A stretch of 64,000 nucleotides of DNA, from NCBI GenBank assembly GCA_024239035.1, contig JANBVK010000001.1:42262-106261 (forward strand). Reading direction: 5' to 3'. Source of the DNA: Patescibacteria group bacterium. Its GTDB lineage: Bacteria; Patescibacteriota; Minisyncoccia; UBA6257; GWB1-50-10. The notes beneath the pieces are model-generated. The model searched no databases and was not told where the DNA came from. It saw only the letters and a list, made by a program, of their open reading frames with translations. The translations under genes and the position numbers were made by a program. Positions within the stretch are counted from its first letter, which is position 1. Each line of letters starts with the position of its first letter. Below are positions 41,846 through 51,148 of this stretch, piece after piece.

Positions 41846-42325
41846 CTACCTAGTCACTGCTATACTCTCACTCAACTCTGCCGACGTCGCTCTCACCGTA
41901 ATTCTCCCCGTCGTTGCATCCCTAATGACTTCGTAGCCAGTGTCGTAGTCGGTATTACTTGTGTAATGCGCTGCTGTATCACTCGGGTCAAACGGCATGG
42001 TTGAAATGTAGGTCGGAACTACACACGGAGCAATATCATAACCACCACTTGAAGCCATCGTTGTTGATGCAGTTGGAATCACCCCGGCAGCACAACCCGT
42101 CTCAAATAGACCTTGGTTATCCGCCATCCTCTGACCAATGGAATTTAAAATAGTGTTCACATTACTCCAACGCTGGGTGTTCCGGGCCTGGGCAAACTGA
42201 CGAGCGGGGTTAAGAGCGACGATAACCACTCCGGCTAAAATGGCAATGATGCCAATCACTACCAAAAGCTCAATTAGGGTAAATCCGCCATCACCGCCTC
42301 TAATTTGCAGTTTTTTCTTGGTCAT
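41846..42325 (-). CDS. type IV major pilin-like protein
   Basis: GG|FTLIELLVVIGIIAILAG, NPARQFAQARNTQR, MPFDP. Confidence 0.92.
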   Translation of the reverse strand: MTKKKLQIRGGDGGFTLIELLVVIGIIAILAGVVIVALNPARQFAQARNTQRWSNVNTILNSIGQRMADNQGLFETGCAAGVIPTASTTMASSGGYDIAPCVVPTYISTMPFDPSDTAAHYTSNTDYDTGYEVIRDATTGRITVRATSAELSESIAVTR

Positions 42326-42481
42326 TCTGTTTATTTTCTAATTTAAAAATTCGACCTTGTTTTAATAATGCTAACACATCTCTACTTTTTGGGTTATCCA
42401 CATGCCGATTTTCCCCAAGAACGAAGTGATTGGCTGAAAAATCGAGCATCCCGAGAAGCAAAGCGACGAGGGACAGCAAAA

Positions 42482-42892
42482 CTAAAACGCAACCACCTCC
42501 TCCAACAACACCGTCTCCAGTGTGTAATCATCAATTGTTAGCCGCAAATTCGTCGTCCGGTTACTAACTGAGGCGGTGGACTTAATAATAATCTGATTAC
42601 TTATGGTCTCAATCGGCAGCACACGACAAGAATAACTTCCAACACTTACCGTTTCATCACCGTTGTAGGGCCCGGTCGCAATCTGCAATCTGGCATACTC
42701 CAGACATCCCTCCCCTACTTTCCTTGAAATATCCTTCATCTCCAATGCCTGGCTGTCAAAACGCCCCAAAAAATTACTATTGCTAAAAATAATAGCAATA
42801 ATCATAACGATGGCTGTAATAATAATAGCCGAAACTACGGCAACGTAGCCGCCTTCTGAATTTTTTGCTTTGTCTTGTGTTGGTATTCGCAT
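42482..42892 (-). CDS. PilX-like minor pilin
   Basis: GG|YVAVV hydrophobic N-terminus without E5; EGCLEYA. Confidence 0.75.
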   Translation of the reverse strand: MRIPTQDKAKNSEGGYVAVVSAIIITAIVMIIAIIFSNSNFLGRFDSQALEMKDISRKVGEGCLEYARLQIATGPYNGDETVSVGSYSCRVLPIETISNQIIIKSTASVSNRTTNLRLTIDDYTLETVLLEEVVAF

Positions 42893-42904
42893 TTTCTAGG
42901 GATC

Positions 42905-43426
42905 CTATCTCAGAACGTAAAAAAGTGTCTCAACAGAAACAAGATAAGGGAAAATCTCACTCTGGAGACTTAAAGAAATTTTCAACGTTGACGTTGCCTC
43001 ACTGCTGGAGAAATGTTCAACCTCAAACTTGGTTACTTTAATTCTGTTATTTGTAATAGGTGCCGCCGGTTCACCGCCCAGTGAAAGCAGGAGTTCACCG
43101 GTAGAGAGAGAAAGAACTGCTGGATCAATGTTTCCCTGTCTTTCTTTTAATTCCAACTGGGTTGAAGAACTACCTGCTGGCGGAGCCGTAACGCTCGCCG
43201 CCTGACTAACAAGCCACTCCAGCTTACCGTCAATAAATTCCCTGTTTACAACCACCTCCCCCCGCTCAACAAGCGTATCAGTTGTGCTAAAAATACTGCT
43301 AATAAAGGAAAATGCCGCTCCTAAAAACATGGCGAGGATAAGGGAATAAATTAAAACCTCAATAAGCGTAAAACCGCCTTCGGTTTTTAGTTCGTTGTTT
43401 TTAGTTTGTTGTTTCTTTAATTTCAT
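42905..43426 (-). CDS. minor prepilin (PilW/GspJ-like)
   Basis: GG|FTLIEVLIY. Confidence 0.88.
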   Translation of the reverse strand: MKLKKQQTKNNELKTEGGFTLIEVLIYSLILAMFLGAAFSFISSIFSTTDTLVERGEVVVNREFIDGKLEWLVSQAASVTAPPAGSSSTQLELKERQGNIDPAVLSLSTGELLLSLGGEPAAPITNNRIKVTKFEVEHFSSSEATSTLKISLSLQSEIFPYLVSVETLFYVLR

Positions 43427-43454
43427 CTAAAACCTAAAAGCTAACACCTATCAC

Positions 43455-44897
43455 CTACGGTGAAGACGTAATAATTCTCAAAGCATCATTACTCCTGACT
43501 GAGATGTAAACCAGGTTACTTTCATAATCAATGCCGGTTGCGACCTGCGGAAAATTAAGATGAGAATGAAGTGTTGGATTTGTCGGGTCGGAAACATTAA
43601 TTACTTGAAACTCACGATTACCGTTTGAAGTGGCAAGAAATGCAAGATGATTACGGGTTGTCATATCATTTATAACATTGCCAACGTTAATAAATCCTAG
43701 ATTTGTCATGTTTGCCGGGTCAGTTGTATTAACGGTATAAAAATCCTGGCCGGGAGCTATAAGCGTAAGCGAAGAACGGATGTTAAAAACACTCGCTACG
43801 TCTCCGGAAAACGTCTGTCCCAAAAAAGTAATTGCCGCAGGGTTGGAAACATCTAAAACCATAAGGCCTGCTCCGCCCTTATCAGTTGCAAGATAAGCTC
43901 TTCCGTCACGCACATGAATGTCATTCACATTATCGTTTATCTCATACGAACCCAACGTGGAAGGGGTTGAGGGTTGGGAGACGTCAACTATGAAAAACTC
44001 CGAACCGTCTGAATCTTCTTGAGTTCCGACGTAGACTTTGGAGTCCAGGTAAAATACTGTATTCCCCACAGTATCATCCTCCGTAGTTCCCGGGAGTCGG
44101 TATGAAACAATTAGCGCTGGATTATTGATATCACGCACATCAATAATTTGGAGCTGAGCCGTTCCTTCATTATTGGCAACATAAGCATAGTCTCCCGACA
44201 CATCTATCGCATTTAGGGTCGGACTGGTATTTAAACTTGACGCAATAAAAGGATTTTCTCCGTCAGTTGCATCAACTATCCAAAAATCCGGTTTCGCTGC
44301 CGCAGAAGCAGCGGCAGATATGTAGACAATTTTATTCAAAACATCAAGGTCTGTCGCCTCATTACCTGGACCAAGATCAACCGAACCAAGCGTCTGAGGA
44401 TTCTGCCAATTCCCGGATACACCCCCTCCCCCGGTGTCTCCTGGATCCCCTCCTCCCGGCGGAGCGTTCTGCCAGTCAGTCAAAAGCGTGACCAGTTCAA
44501 CTTTCTGTTCTCTTTGGGGGTCAGTCTGCCAGGTAACCCTGCTCTCTATTCTCTTTGTATCACTACTCTCACTCACAACAATAACCTTTCGGGTTAACAC
44601 TCCGATTACGTCGGACGTGCCGCTAAACTGCCATTTACCTCCCGAAAAAGTTAAGCCGTGTTCTCCATCAGTAAGCCCGTCCCAGTCAAGATCACGAATA
44701 GTCCGAGCGGCTTCAAACCCTTCTTTAGCTAACACTCTCGCTTGAACAGCATTATCCCGGTCAATGAGAATTTTCTGGCCGCCAAAAACTAAAATCACGG
44801 CAAAACTCACGCTAAGCGCAATCAAAGCCAAACCAATCAAAATATCAACCAATGTTTGGCCTGCCTCACCTCGCTTATCACCAGGAAATTGTCCCAT
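43455..44897 (-). CDS. minor pilin (PilV-like) fused to an LVIVD-repeat beta-propeller
   Basis: AG|QTLVDILIG; Gly-rich linker; repeated YAYVA...LQIIDV..P units. Confidence 0.85.
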   Translation of the reverse strand: MGQFPGDKRGEAGQTLVDILIGLALIALSVSFAVILVFGGQKILIDRDNAVQARVLAKEGFEAARTIRDLDWDGLTDGEHGLTFSGGKWQFSGTSDVIGVLTRKVIVVSESSDTKRIESRVTWQTDPQREQKVELVTLLTDWQNAPPGGGDPGDTGGGGVSGNWQNPQTLGSVDLGPGNEATDLDVLNKIVYISAAASAAAKPDFWIVDATDGENPFIASSLNTSPTLNAIDVSGDYAYVANNEGTAQLQIIDVRDINNPALIVSYRLPGTTEDDTVGNTVFYLDSKVYVGTQEDSDGSEFFIVDVSQPSTPSTLGSYEINDNVNDIHVRDGRAYLATDKGGAGLMVLDVSNPAAITFLGQTFSGDVASVFNIRSSLTLIAPGQDFYTVNTTDPANMTNLGFINVGNVINDMTTRNHLAFLATSNGNREFQVINVSDPTNPTLHSHLNFPQVATGIDYESNLVYISVRSNDALRIITSSP

Positions 44898-45306
44898 GTT
44901 CATTAACATTCATTGTTTGAGCATTAACGTTATTGGTTAAAACAATTGTCGTCGTCACGTTAGGCAGCCCCGAAATCTGCGAAAAAACAATCTCATCAAG
45001 CCCGGAAACCCCAATCAAAGGAGCTCTGAAATAATCTTCGTCAAAAGCGGGGTCCCGACCGGCGAAAGACAACCCTTGGAAAAGAACGAAACGGTCACTC
45101 TCCAGCGAAACGCCGCGGCTAATCTCGCGATCGTTGGCGGCGGCTAAACTCCGGGCTCTGCGCAGAATGCTCAAAAGATTTTTCGTCTCAGAAGTTAAAA
45201 CGTAGCTCCGGTAACCGTCCATGCTAATGGGTAAACCAATACTAAACAAAAGTCCCAACAACCCTAAAACGATTAGAACCTCAATGAGAGTGAATCCTGC
45301 CCTCAT
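44878..45306 (-). CDS. minor prepilin (FimT/GspH-like)
   Basis: MRAG|FTLIEVLIV; start moved to 45306. Confidence 0.85.
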   Translation of the reverse strand: MRAGFTLIEVLIVLGLLGLLFSIGLPISMDGYRSYVLTSETKNLLSILRRARSLAAANDREISRGVSLESDRFVLFQGLSFAGRDPAFDEDYFRAPLIGVSGLDEIVFSQISGLPNVTTTIVLTNNVNAQTMNVNEHGTISW

Positions 45307-45307
45307 A

Positions 45308-46387
45308 CTAAAATCTAAGTCCCTGTGTAACTTTATAAATGGGGGTGATGATCGAAATTGCCACAAACCCCACCAAGAGTCCCATAAATAGTAAAAGTAA
45401 GGGTTCAAGAATGGTGGTAAAATTCTTCACAATTTCCTCAATCTCACTTTCATAGTATTCGGAAAGATAAAGCAGGTTCTGTTCCAGGTTACCGGTACTT
45501 TCCCCGACCTCAATCATCCCCACTAGCATCGGTGGAAAGAACTTCGGTTTTTGAGCCAAATATCGAGCTATCTCTTCTCCTTTTTTCACCCGTTCAATCA
45601 TCTGATCAATTAGATAACGGTAGTAAAGATTATGAACGGTTCCCCGAGTAGCTGTGAGAGCATCAATAATGGTCATACCGCTTTTTAAGAGAATGCCCAA
45701 AGATCGGCTGAAATTAACCATCGTAACGTCAATAATAATTCCTGAAATAAAGGGGAAAGAAAGCAAAGCTCTGTCAAATACAAAATGTATTTTTTTAACG
45801 GTCAGCAAAACCTGAATTAAAATAACAAAAGCGATGACACCGCCGAGAATTACAAAACCGTAACTGCTCAAAAGCGTCAGAACTTTAATGAGAAGTTGGG
45901 TAGTAAAAGGGAGCTCAACGTTCAAACTGACGAATATCGGCAAAATCTTGGGAAAAATAAAAAGCGTTAGAAAAAGAGTAACACCTAAAGTGGCAAAGAG
46001 AATGACCGCCGGATAAATAAGCGCCGACCGAATTTGATGATTGATTTCTTTTTGTTTCTTTAATTCCTGGGAAAGATGAAGAAGCGTAGAGGAAAGAGTG
46101 CCGCTCTTCTCTCCCACCCGCACCATATTGACAAAAAAACCACTGAAGAGATAACTAAAATTCTCCAAGCTTTGAGCTAAGGACTGGCCGCTGTTTACAT
46201 TATCCGTAATGGTATCAATAACTTTCGCAAACCGTTTAGCCCGCGTCTGACGACGAATAAGGCGCAGCGCCTCAATAATAGGCAAACCGCTTTTTATGGT
46301 TACCGACAAGTGGCGGGCGAAATTTATTCTTTCCTGGAGAGAAGCTGGTTTAAAAATCTTAAGAAAAAAATTCCGCAATTTATTCAT
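45308..46387 (-). CDS. pilC: type IV pilus platform protein PilC/GspF
   Basis: SGLPIIEAL, VGEKSG.L, ALIYP, VGESTGNL, LEPLL, PIY. Confidence 0.95.
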   Translation of the reverse strand: MNKLRNFFLKIFKPASLQERINFARHLSVTIKSGLPIIEALRLIRRQTRAKRFAKVIDTITDNVNSGQSLAQSLENFSYLFSGFFVNMVRVGEKSGTLSSTLLHLSQELKKQKEINHQIRSALIYPAVILFATLGVTLFLTLFIFPKILPIFVSLNVELPFTTQLLIKVLTLLSSYGFVILGGVIAFVILIQVLLTVKKIHFVFDRALLSFPFISGIIIDVTMVNFSRSLGILLKSGMTIIDALTATRGTVHNLYYRYLIDQMIERVKKGEEIARYLAQKPKFFPPMLVGMIEVGESTGNLEQNLLYLSEYYESEIEEIVKNFTTILEPLLLLFMGLLVGFVAISIITPIYKVTQGLRF

Positions 46388-47606
46388 AGATTATCCGCAC
46401 CACCTCCTCAATGGTAGTAATCCCTTTCTGCGCTTTATCAAAACCGTCCTCAACCATAGTTTTCATACCATTTCTAACTGCCGCCTCCTTGATGTGTGAC
46501 GCATCGGCGCGGCTTACGATAAGATTGCGGATATCCTCATTCACTTCCAAAACTTCGTGAACGCCAATTCTGCTTTTGTAACCGCTTCCGTCACATTCCT
46601 TACAACCAGGACCAATTGTATACACCTTCTTGGTTTGAGAACTGTCTGCTGCAAAACCCAAACTCTTAATCTCGGGAATACTTAAAGAACGTTCCTTTCG
46701 ACAAGCCGTACACGCCATCCTCACAAGGCGTTGAGCTATAACGACGTTCAAGGTTGAGGCAGCTAAAAATGGCGGCACTCCCATGTCGGTCAAACGCGGA
46801 AAGGTGGTGGCGGCATCGTTAGTGTGAAGGGTTGAGAGCATAATATGGCCTGTAAGCGCCGCATTTACCGCAATGTTCGCGGTCTCGGAATCCCTGATCT
46901 CTCCTACCATAATAATATTTGGGTCCTGGCGGAGAATTGACCGGAGTCCATTTGCGAAAGTGAGCCCGGCTGAGACGTTAACTGGTATCTGGGTAATTCC
47001 TTCAATTGAATATTCAATCGGGTCCTCGATGGTTATAATGGAAACCTTACGGTCATTTAACTTCTTGATAACTGTATACAGAGTAGTTGTTTTCCCGGAA
47101 CCGGTCGGTCCATTAGCTAAGATCATTCCGTAGGGCTTATAAATTGCTTTGGTTAAAGACTTCATTTGCTCCTTGGTAAACCCTAAATCTTCCAGCGTGA
47201 ACTTCTGGGAAGTTTCGGCTAGAATCCTCATAACCGTGTTCTCCCCGTAAAAAGTGGGGGCAATGGAAACCCTGATATCAACCTCTCCCGACTTCTCTAT
47301 TTTCGCCTTAAACCTGCCGTCCTGAGGAAGGTGATGAATGTCGGTTTTCAAACCTGAGAGAACCTTCACCCGACTTACTATTTCCGATTGGAGCTCTTTA
47401 GAAAAGGAAAAAGCGTCTTTAAGAATTCCGTCAACCCGAAACCGAATAACTACCTTTTCCTCGGCCGGTTCAATGTGAATGTCGGAGGCTCGGGAGCTGT
47501 AAGCGTACTCAACAAAGAGGTCAACAATATCAATAATAGAGACCTCCCCCGCTGAAGCGGTAAGCTGCTTCTCAATTAACGGTTTTAAGGATTTAATATC
47601 ACGCAT
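46380..47606 (-). CDS. pilB: type IV pilus assembly ATPase PilB/GspE (no N-terminal extension)
   Basis: ASDIHIEP, PQDGR, GPTGSGKTTT, LRQDPNIIMVGEIRD, TGH...STLH, tetra-Cys motif. Confidence 0.95.
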   Translation of the reverse strand: MRDIKSLKPLIEKQLTASAGEVSIIDIVDLFVEYAYSSRASDIHIEPAEEKVVIRFRVDGILKDAFSFSKELQSEIVSRVKVLSGLKTDIHHLPQDGRFKAKIEKSGEVDIRVSIAPTFYGENTVMRILAETSQKFTLEDLGFTKEQMKSLTKAIYKPYGMILANGPTGSGKTTTLYTVIKKLNDRKVSIITIEDPIEYSIEGITQIPVNVSAGLTFANGLRSILRQDPNIIMVGEIRDSETANIAVNAALTGHIMLSTLHTNDAATTFPRLTDMGVPPFLAASTLNVVIAQRLVRMACTACRKERSLSIPEIKSLGFAADSSQTKKVYTIGPGCKECDGSGYKSRIGVHEVLEVNEDIRNLIVSRADASHIKEAAVRNGMKTMVEDGFDKAQKGITTIEEVVRIIYE

Positions 47607-47639
47607 TGGTTTGATTATATCATTTTCATTTCTATTTTT

Positions 47640-48611
47640 TTACTCTTCTAGCCCTTTTACGAGTAAATCTTGAACCTTTTTTATTGCTTCATCGTCATAT
47701 AAAGATATTGTGTAAACCGCCGGAGTAATCTTTTTCATCTTCTTCACAATTTTCTCAACCTCTTTTTTGTCGGCAATTAAGTCTGTTTTACTTAACAGTA
47801 TGATTTCTTTTTTCTCTAAAAGTTTTGAGTCGAAACTTTCTAACTCTTTTCTAATTGTTCTATAAGCTTTTACCATGTCTTCATTTTCTAAAGATATTAA
47901 ATGTACCAGTATTTTCGTGCGCCGCACGTGCCGTAAAAACTTATGTCCCAATCCCTTACCTTTAGCGGCACCCTCTATAAGTCCGGGTATGTCGGAGATA
48001 ATATACCCGTAAAACTCACCCAAGTTAGGTTCTAACGTTGTAAAGGGATAAGCGCCAACCTTTCCCTTGGCGCGCGTTAGGGTATTTAACAAACTGGTCT
48101 TACCCGCGTTAGGCAACCCGATAAAGCCTATGTCGGCTATCAACTCTACCTCTATAAAAAATTCTTCTTCATCCCCCGGTCTGCCAAGGGTAAATTCTTT
48201 AGGCGCTCGGTTAGTAGAACTTTTAAAAGATTCGTTCCCCCTGCCGCCTTTTCCGCCCGTTAATATTAAAACTCTATCCCCTTCTTTTTTAAAAGAAAAT
48301 TTCTCCCCGCTCTGAGTGTTAGTAATTATCGATCCCGTAGGCAGCAATATATCCAGGTCTTTGCCGTCAGCGCCGTGTAAGCTGTTTTTTCCACCATCTT
48401 TCCCGTTGTCGGCTCTAAACTCTTTTTTAGTGCGGTACTTAGAAAGTAAGTGAATGTCGCGGACGGCAACGGCGTAAACATTTCCACCTTTCCCCCCGTC
48501 ACCGCCGGAGGGTCCGCCAAACTCCCGGTTTTTTTCGTGCCGAAAGCGCCGAACGCCGTTGCCTCCAGACCCCGCAGCCACATCTATTATTATCTCATCT
48601 ACAAAAGCCAT
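47640..48611 (-). CDS. obg: GTPase Obg/CgtA (no C-terminal domain)
   Basis: Gly-rich Obg fold, GLPNAGKTS, YPFTTLEPNLG, DIPGLIEGA. Confidence 0.96.
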   Translation of the reverse strand: MAFVDEIIIDVAAGSGGNGVRRFRHEKNREFGGPSGGDGGKGGNVYAVAVRDIHLLSKYRTKKEFRADNGKDGGKNSLHGADGKDLDILLPTGSIITNTQSGEKFSFKKEGDRVLILTGGKGGRGNESFKSSTNRAPKEFTLGRPGDEEEFFIEVELIADIGFIGLPNAGKTSLLNTLTRAKGKVGAYPFTTLEPNLGEFYGYIISDIPGLIEGAAKGKGLGHKFLRHVRRTKILVHLISLENEDMVKAYRTIRKELESFDSKLLEKKEIILLSKTDLIADKKEVEKIVKKMKKITPAVYTISLYDDEAIKKVQDLLVKGLEE

Positions 48612-48623
48612 TTTTTTAACACC

Positions 48624-49190
48624 TTAGAGTTTATTATACCTAAAACACCCCACCTCATGATCATTCACCATCCCTATCGTTTGCATAATAGCGTAGATAA
48701 TCGTGGAACCGACGAAGTTCATTCCGCGGCGTTTGAGATCTTTGCTTATATTATCCGACAGTTCTGTGCGCGCAGGCAGATCGGACATACGTTTCCATTT
48801 GTTTTTTATCGGTTTGCCATTCACAAACCCCCATATATATTTATCAAACGATCCAAACTCTTTCTGTATTTCTATAAACACCTTCGCGTTCCTCACGGCC
48901 GAGGCGATCTTTAATCTGTTACGCACAATCCCCTTATCTTGCAGTAATTTTCGTGTTTTCTTCGCATCGTACTTCGCGATTTTTTTCACATCAAAATTAT
49001 CAAACGCTTTTCGGTAATTCTCACGCTTGTTCAAGATAGTTCTCCACGAAAGCCCCGCTTGCGCGCCATCTAGGATAAGTATCTCAAACAAATGGCGGTC
49101 ATCGTGGACGGGAACACCCCATTCCTTATCATGATACTCCGTCATGAGCGTATCACTCCCATCCAACCACCGGCATCGAAGGAGACTCAT
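48624..49190 (-). CDS. tag: DNA-3-methyladenine glycosylase I
   Basis: RCRW, YHDKEWG, QAGLSW, IVRNRLKI, FVGST, GMVNDH...C. Confidence 0.95.
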   Translation of the reverse strand: MSLLRCRWLDGSDTLMTEYHDKEWGVPVHDDRHLFEILILDGAQAGLSWRTILNKRENYRKAFDNFDVKKIAKYDAKKTRKLLQDKGIVRNRLKIASAVRNAKVFIEIQKEFGSFDKYIWGFVNGKPIKNKWKRMSDLPARTELSDNISKDLKRRGMNFVGSTIIYAIMQTIGMVNDHEVGCFRYNKL

Positions 49191-49194
49191 CAGC

Positions 49195-49656
49195 TTACTT
49201 TCTCTCAATGTAGAACTTCTTTTGAAGATAATTCTCAATGACTTCAAAACTTGGAAAATAGCGGGGTTGAGGAAGATTATTTAAATCAAACCATTTCCAT
49301 TCAATGATTTCATCCGGCTCCGTAACAGAAGCCTCCCCTTCCCACTCATGAGCAACAAGTCCGACGGTCATAAAATGGGCATGCTCATTTTTACAATTAT
49401 GAACTGATATCACTTGAGGATTTTTAATTGTAATACTTGTCTCTTCTTTGACTTCGCGAATTGCTCCTTCTTCAAGGGACTCATTCCATTCAAGCTTGCC
49501 TCCTGGGATACACCATTCTCCTGAGCTTCTGAATTCGGAATCAGCTTTATCCGGATCAGGATGTCTCATACCAAGAAGAAGCTTCCCTTCTTTTTCAAGA
49601 ATGACTCCGAAACCTGCTCCTACCCTCTTTTTCTTTTCTGGTATAGGGTCTTGCAT
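49195..49656 (-). CDS. NUDIX hydrolase
   Basis: PGGKLEWNESLEEGAIREVKEET, EPDE...WKWF. Confidence 0.9.
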   Translation of the reverse strand: MQDPIPEKKKRVGAGFGVILEKEGKLLLGMRHPDPDKADSEFRSSGEWCIPGGKLEWNESLEEGAIREVKEETSITIKNPQVISVHNCKNEHAHFMTVGLVAHEWEGEASVTEPDEIIEWKWFDLNNLPQPRYFPSFEVIENYLQKKFYIERK

Positions 49657-49718
49657 TATCTTCCATTTTATTAGTATTATACGGCTAGTACAAACCCCAA
49701 CTGTTACAGGAGGATCTT

Positions 49719-50003
49719 ATGTCGTCTCTGAGCGCAGTAGCAAATCGGTTCATGGCATTATGGCAAGGGATTTTCCGTCGCGCAAGCATTGAGGTGATTT
49801 TCCTGAAAATCCTACTGGCACTTACGATTTTAGGTGAATACTTTGTAATCCGAGGGGGAGATCCAAATCAGTTTATTCTTGGATTCAGGACAAACATATT
49901 ATTTTTGGCTGGTGTAGCTCTTTTCGTGATTGCAGTTTGGCGTATCTCCTATATCAAGCATCGCAAGCAGAACCGGCGGGACTGTATGCTAGATTTCTTC
50001 TGA
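49719..50003 (+). CDS. small membrane ORFan
   Basis: AGGAGG SD; two TM; hairpin and T tract at 50049-50094. Confidence 0.6.
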   Translation: MSSLSAVANRFMALWQGIFRRASIEVIFLKILLALTILGEYFVIRGGDPNQFILGFRTNILFLAGVALFVIAVWRISYIKHRKQNRRDCMLDFF

Positions 50004-50247
50004 GAAAGAGATCACAGCATGTAACAGTGGTGGTCGATAAAGCTAATTAAAGACCTGTGAGTAGCGAAAGCGAAAGCAGGTCTTTCTGTTTTTTAAACCC
50101 GCCTTGGTCTTCCGATACTATGTATTGAAGTGCTGCCCCTCCGGAACGCTTGCCCGCCCGAAAGTTTACTGAAAGAGGGATATTGGGATTATTTTAGCAC
50201 CAAAAGGGAAACATAGATAAATTATGTGGGTTTGCTACTATGCATAC

Positions 50248-51147
50248 ATGAATCAAAAAGGTTCTATAACATTGATCATAGTGGTGATTATTGCCGTTGT
50301 GGCTACAGGTGGTGTTTATTTTGCATTGAAAGGAAAACAACAAACAGCACCAAAAGATATTAGCACTAACAAAAAAGGGAGCGTTACCGTAGCAGGAAAC
50401 TCTGCGGTAACGCCGGAGATTCCTAAAAACGTGATAGAAAAGTATCAGGAATTAGAAAAAATATACGAACAATCTCTGGGTGCTACTTTATCATACTGTA
50501 CAAAAGGAAGTGAATCTATTTATGACGTAAGTGGAAATGGTGGATTTTCTGCAGTTTCGTTCTATTTTGATACCAATGGAAATCAATTAGCGGAATACAG
50601 ACGAGGTGATGTTATTATCCCTGGAAAAGAATTGCCAAAACCACCAATAAATATATTAGAATATGAGTGCACGGTGCTCAAAGAGTCGAAGAGTGGCGAC
50701 ATAAATATTCCAACCGAGGAAGAAAATATCCCTGAGGGTACGGTTGTAATCCGCGCTGGGGAAACTGAATCGGTTAACATAGGCACGGGTGACCAACTGA
50801 CAGTGCCGGTTGTAGTTGATGCGTCTGATATAGGCAATTTAAGTGTTGCCAGTGTGGATATTACGTTAAAGTGGAATCCTTCCGTTTTACGTTTTGTGTC
50901 TACCTCGCAGGGCGAGTTTGGTTCATTAACTATAAACGATAGTGAAACAGGAAACGGAGTAATTCGAGCGGTCACTTTCAACGCGGAAGGCACAACTCAG
51001 TCTTTCACAATGTTTGAAGTAAAATTCCAAGCCGAAAGCTCTGGTATGACAAATTTGGACGTGACGGTTAATGTTGTAGGCGATGAGTTTGGTATCAATA
51101 TTACAAGCGCAGCATCGTCCAGAGATTTGAGCGTGGTAGTGAATTAG
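50248..51147 (+). CDS. surface protein with class III-like signal and C-terminal cohesin-like domain
   Basis: MNQKG|SITLIIVV N-terminus; GDQLTVPVVVD...DITLKWNPSVLRFVS...MFEVKFQA cohesin pattern. Confidence 0.75.
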   Translation: MNQKGSITLIIVVIIAVVATGGVYFALKGKQQTAPKDISTNKKGSVTVAGNSAVTPEIPKNVIEKYQELEKIYEQSLGATLSYCTKGSESIYDVSGNGGFSAVSFYFDTNGNQLAEYRRGDVIIPGKELPKPPINILEYECTVLKESKSGDINIPTEEENIPEGTVVIRAGETESVNIGTGDQLTVPVVVDASDIGNLSVASVDITLKWNPSVLRFVSTSQGEFGSLTINDSETGNGVIRAVTFNAEGTTQSFTMFEVKFQAESSGMTNLDVTVNVVGDEFGINITSAASSRDLSVVVN

Positions 51148-51148
51148 T

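Noticed and set aside
50049-50094. Hammerhead- or SRP-like motif (GACCTGTGAGTAGCGAAAGCGAAAGCAGGTC)
   Set aside because: It lacks the CUGANGA core and the SRP GGAA/AGCAG arrangement; better explained as a terminator.
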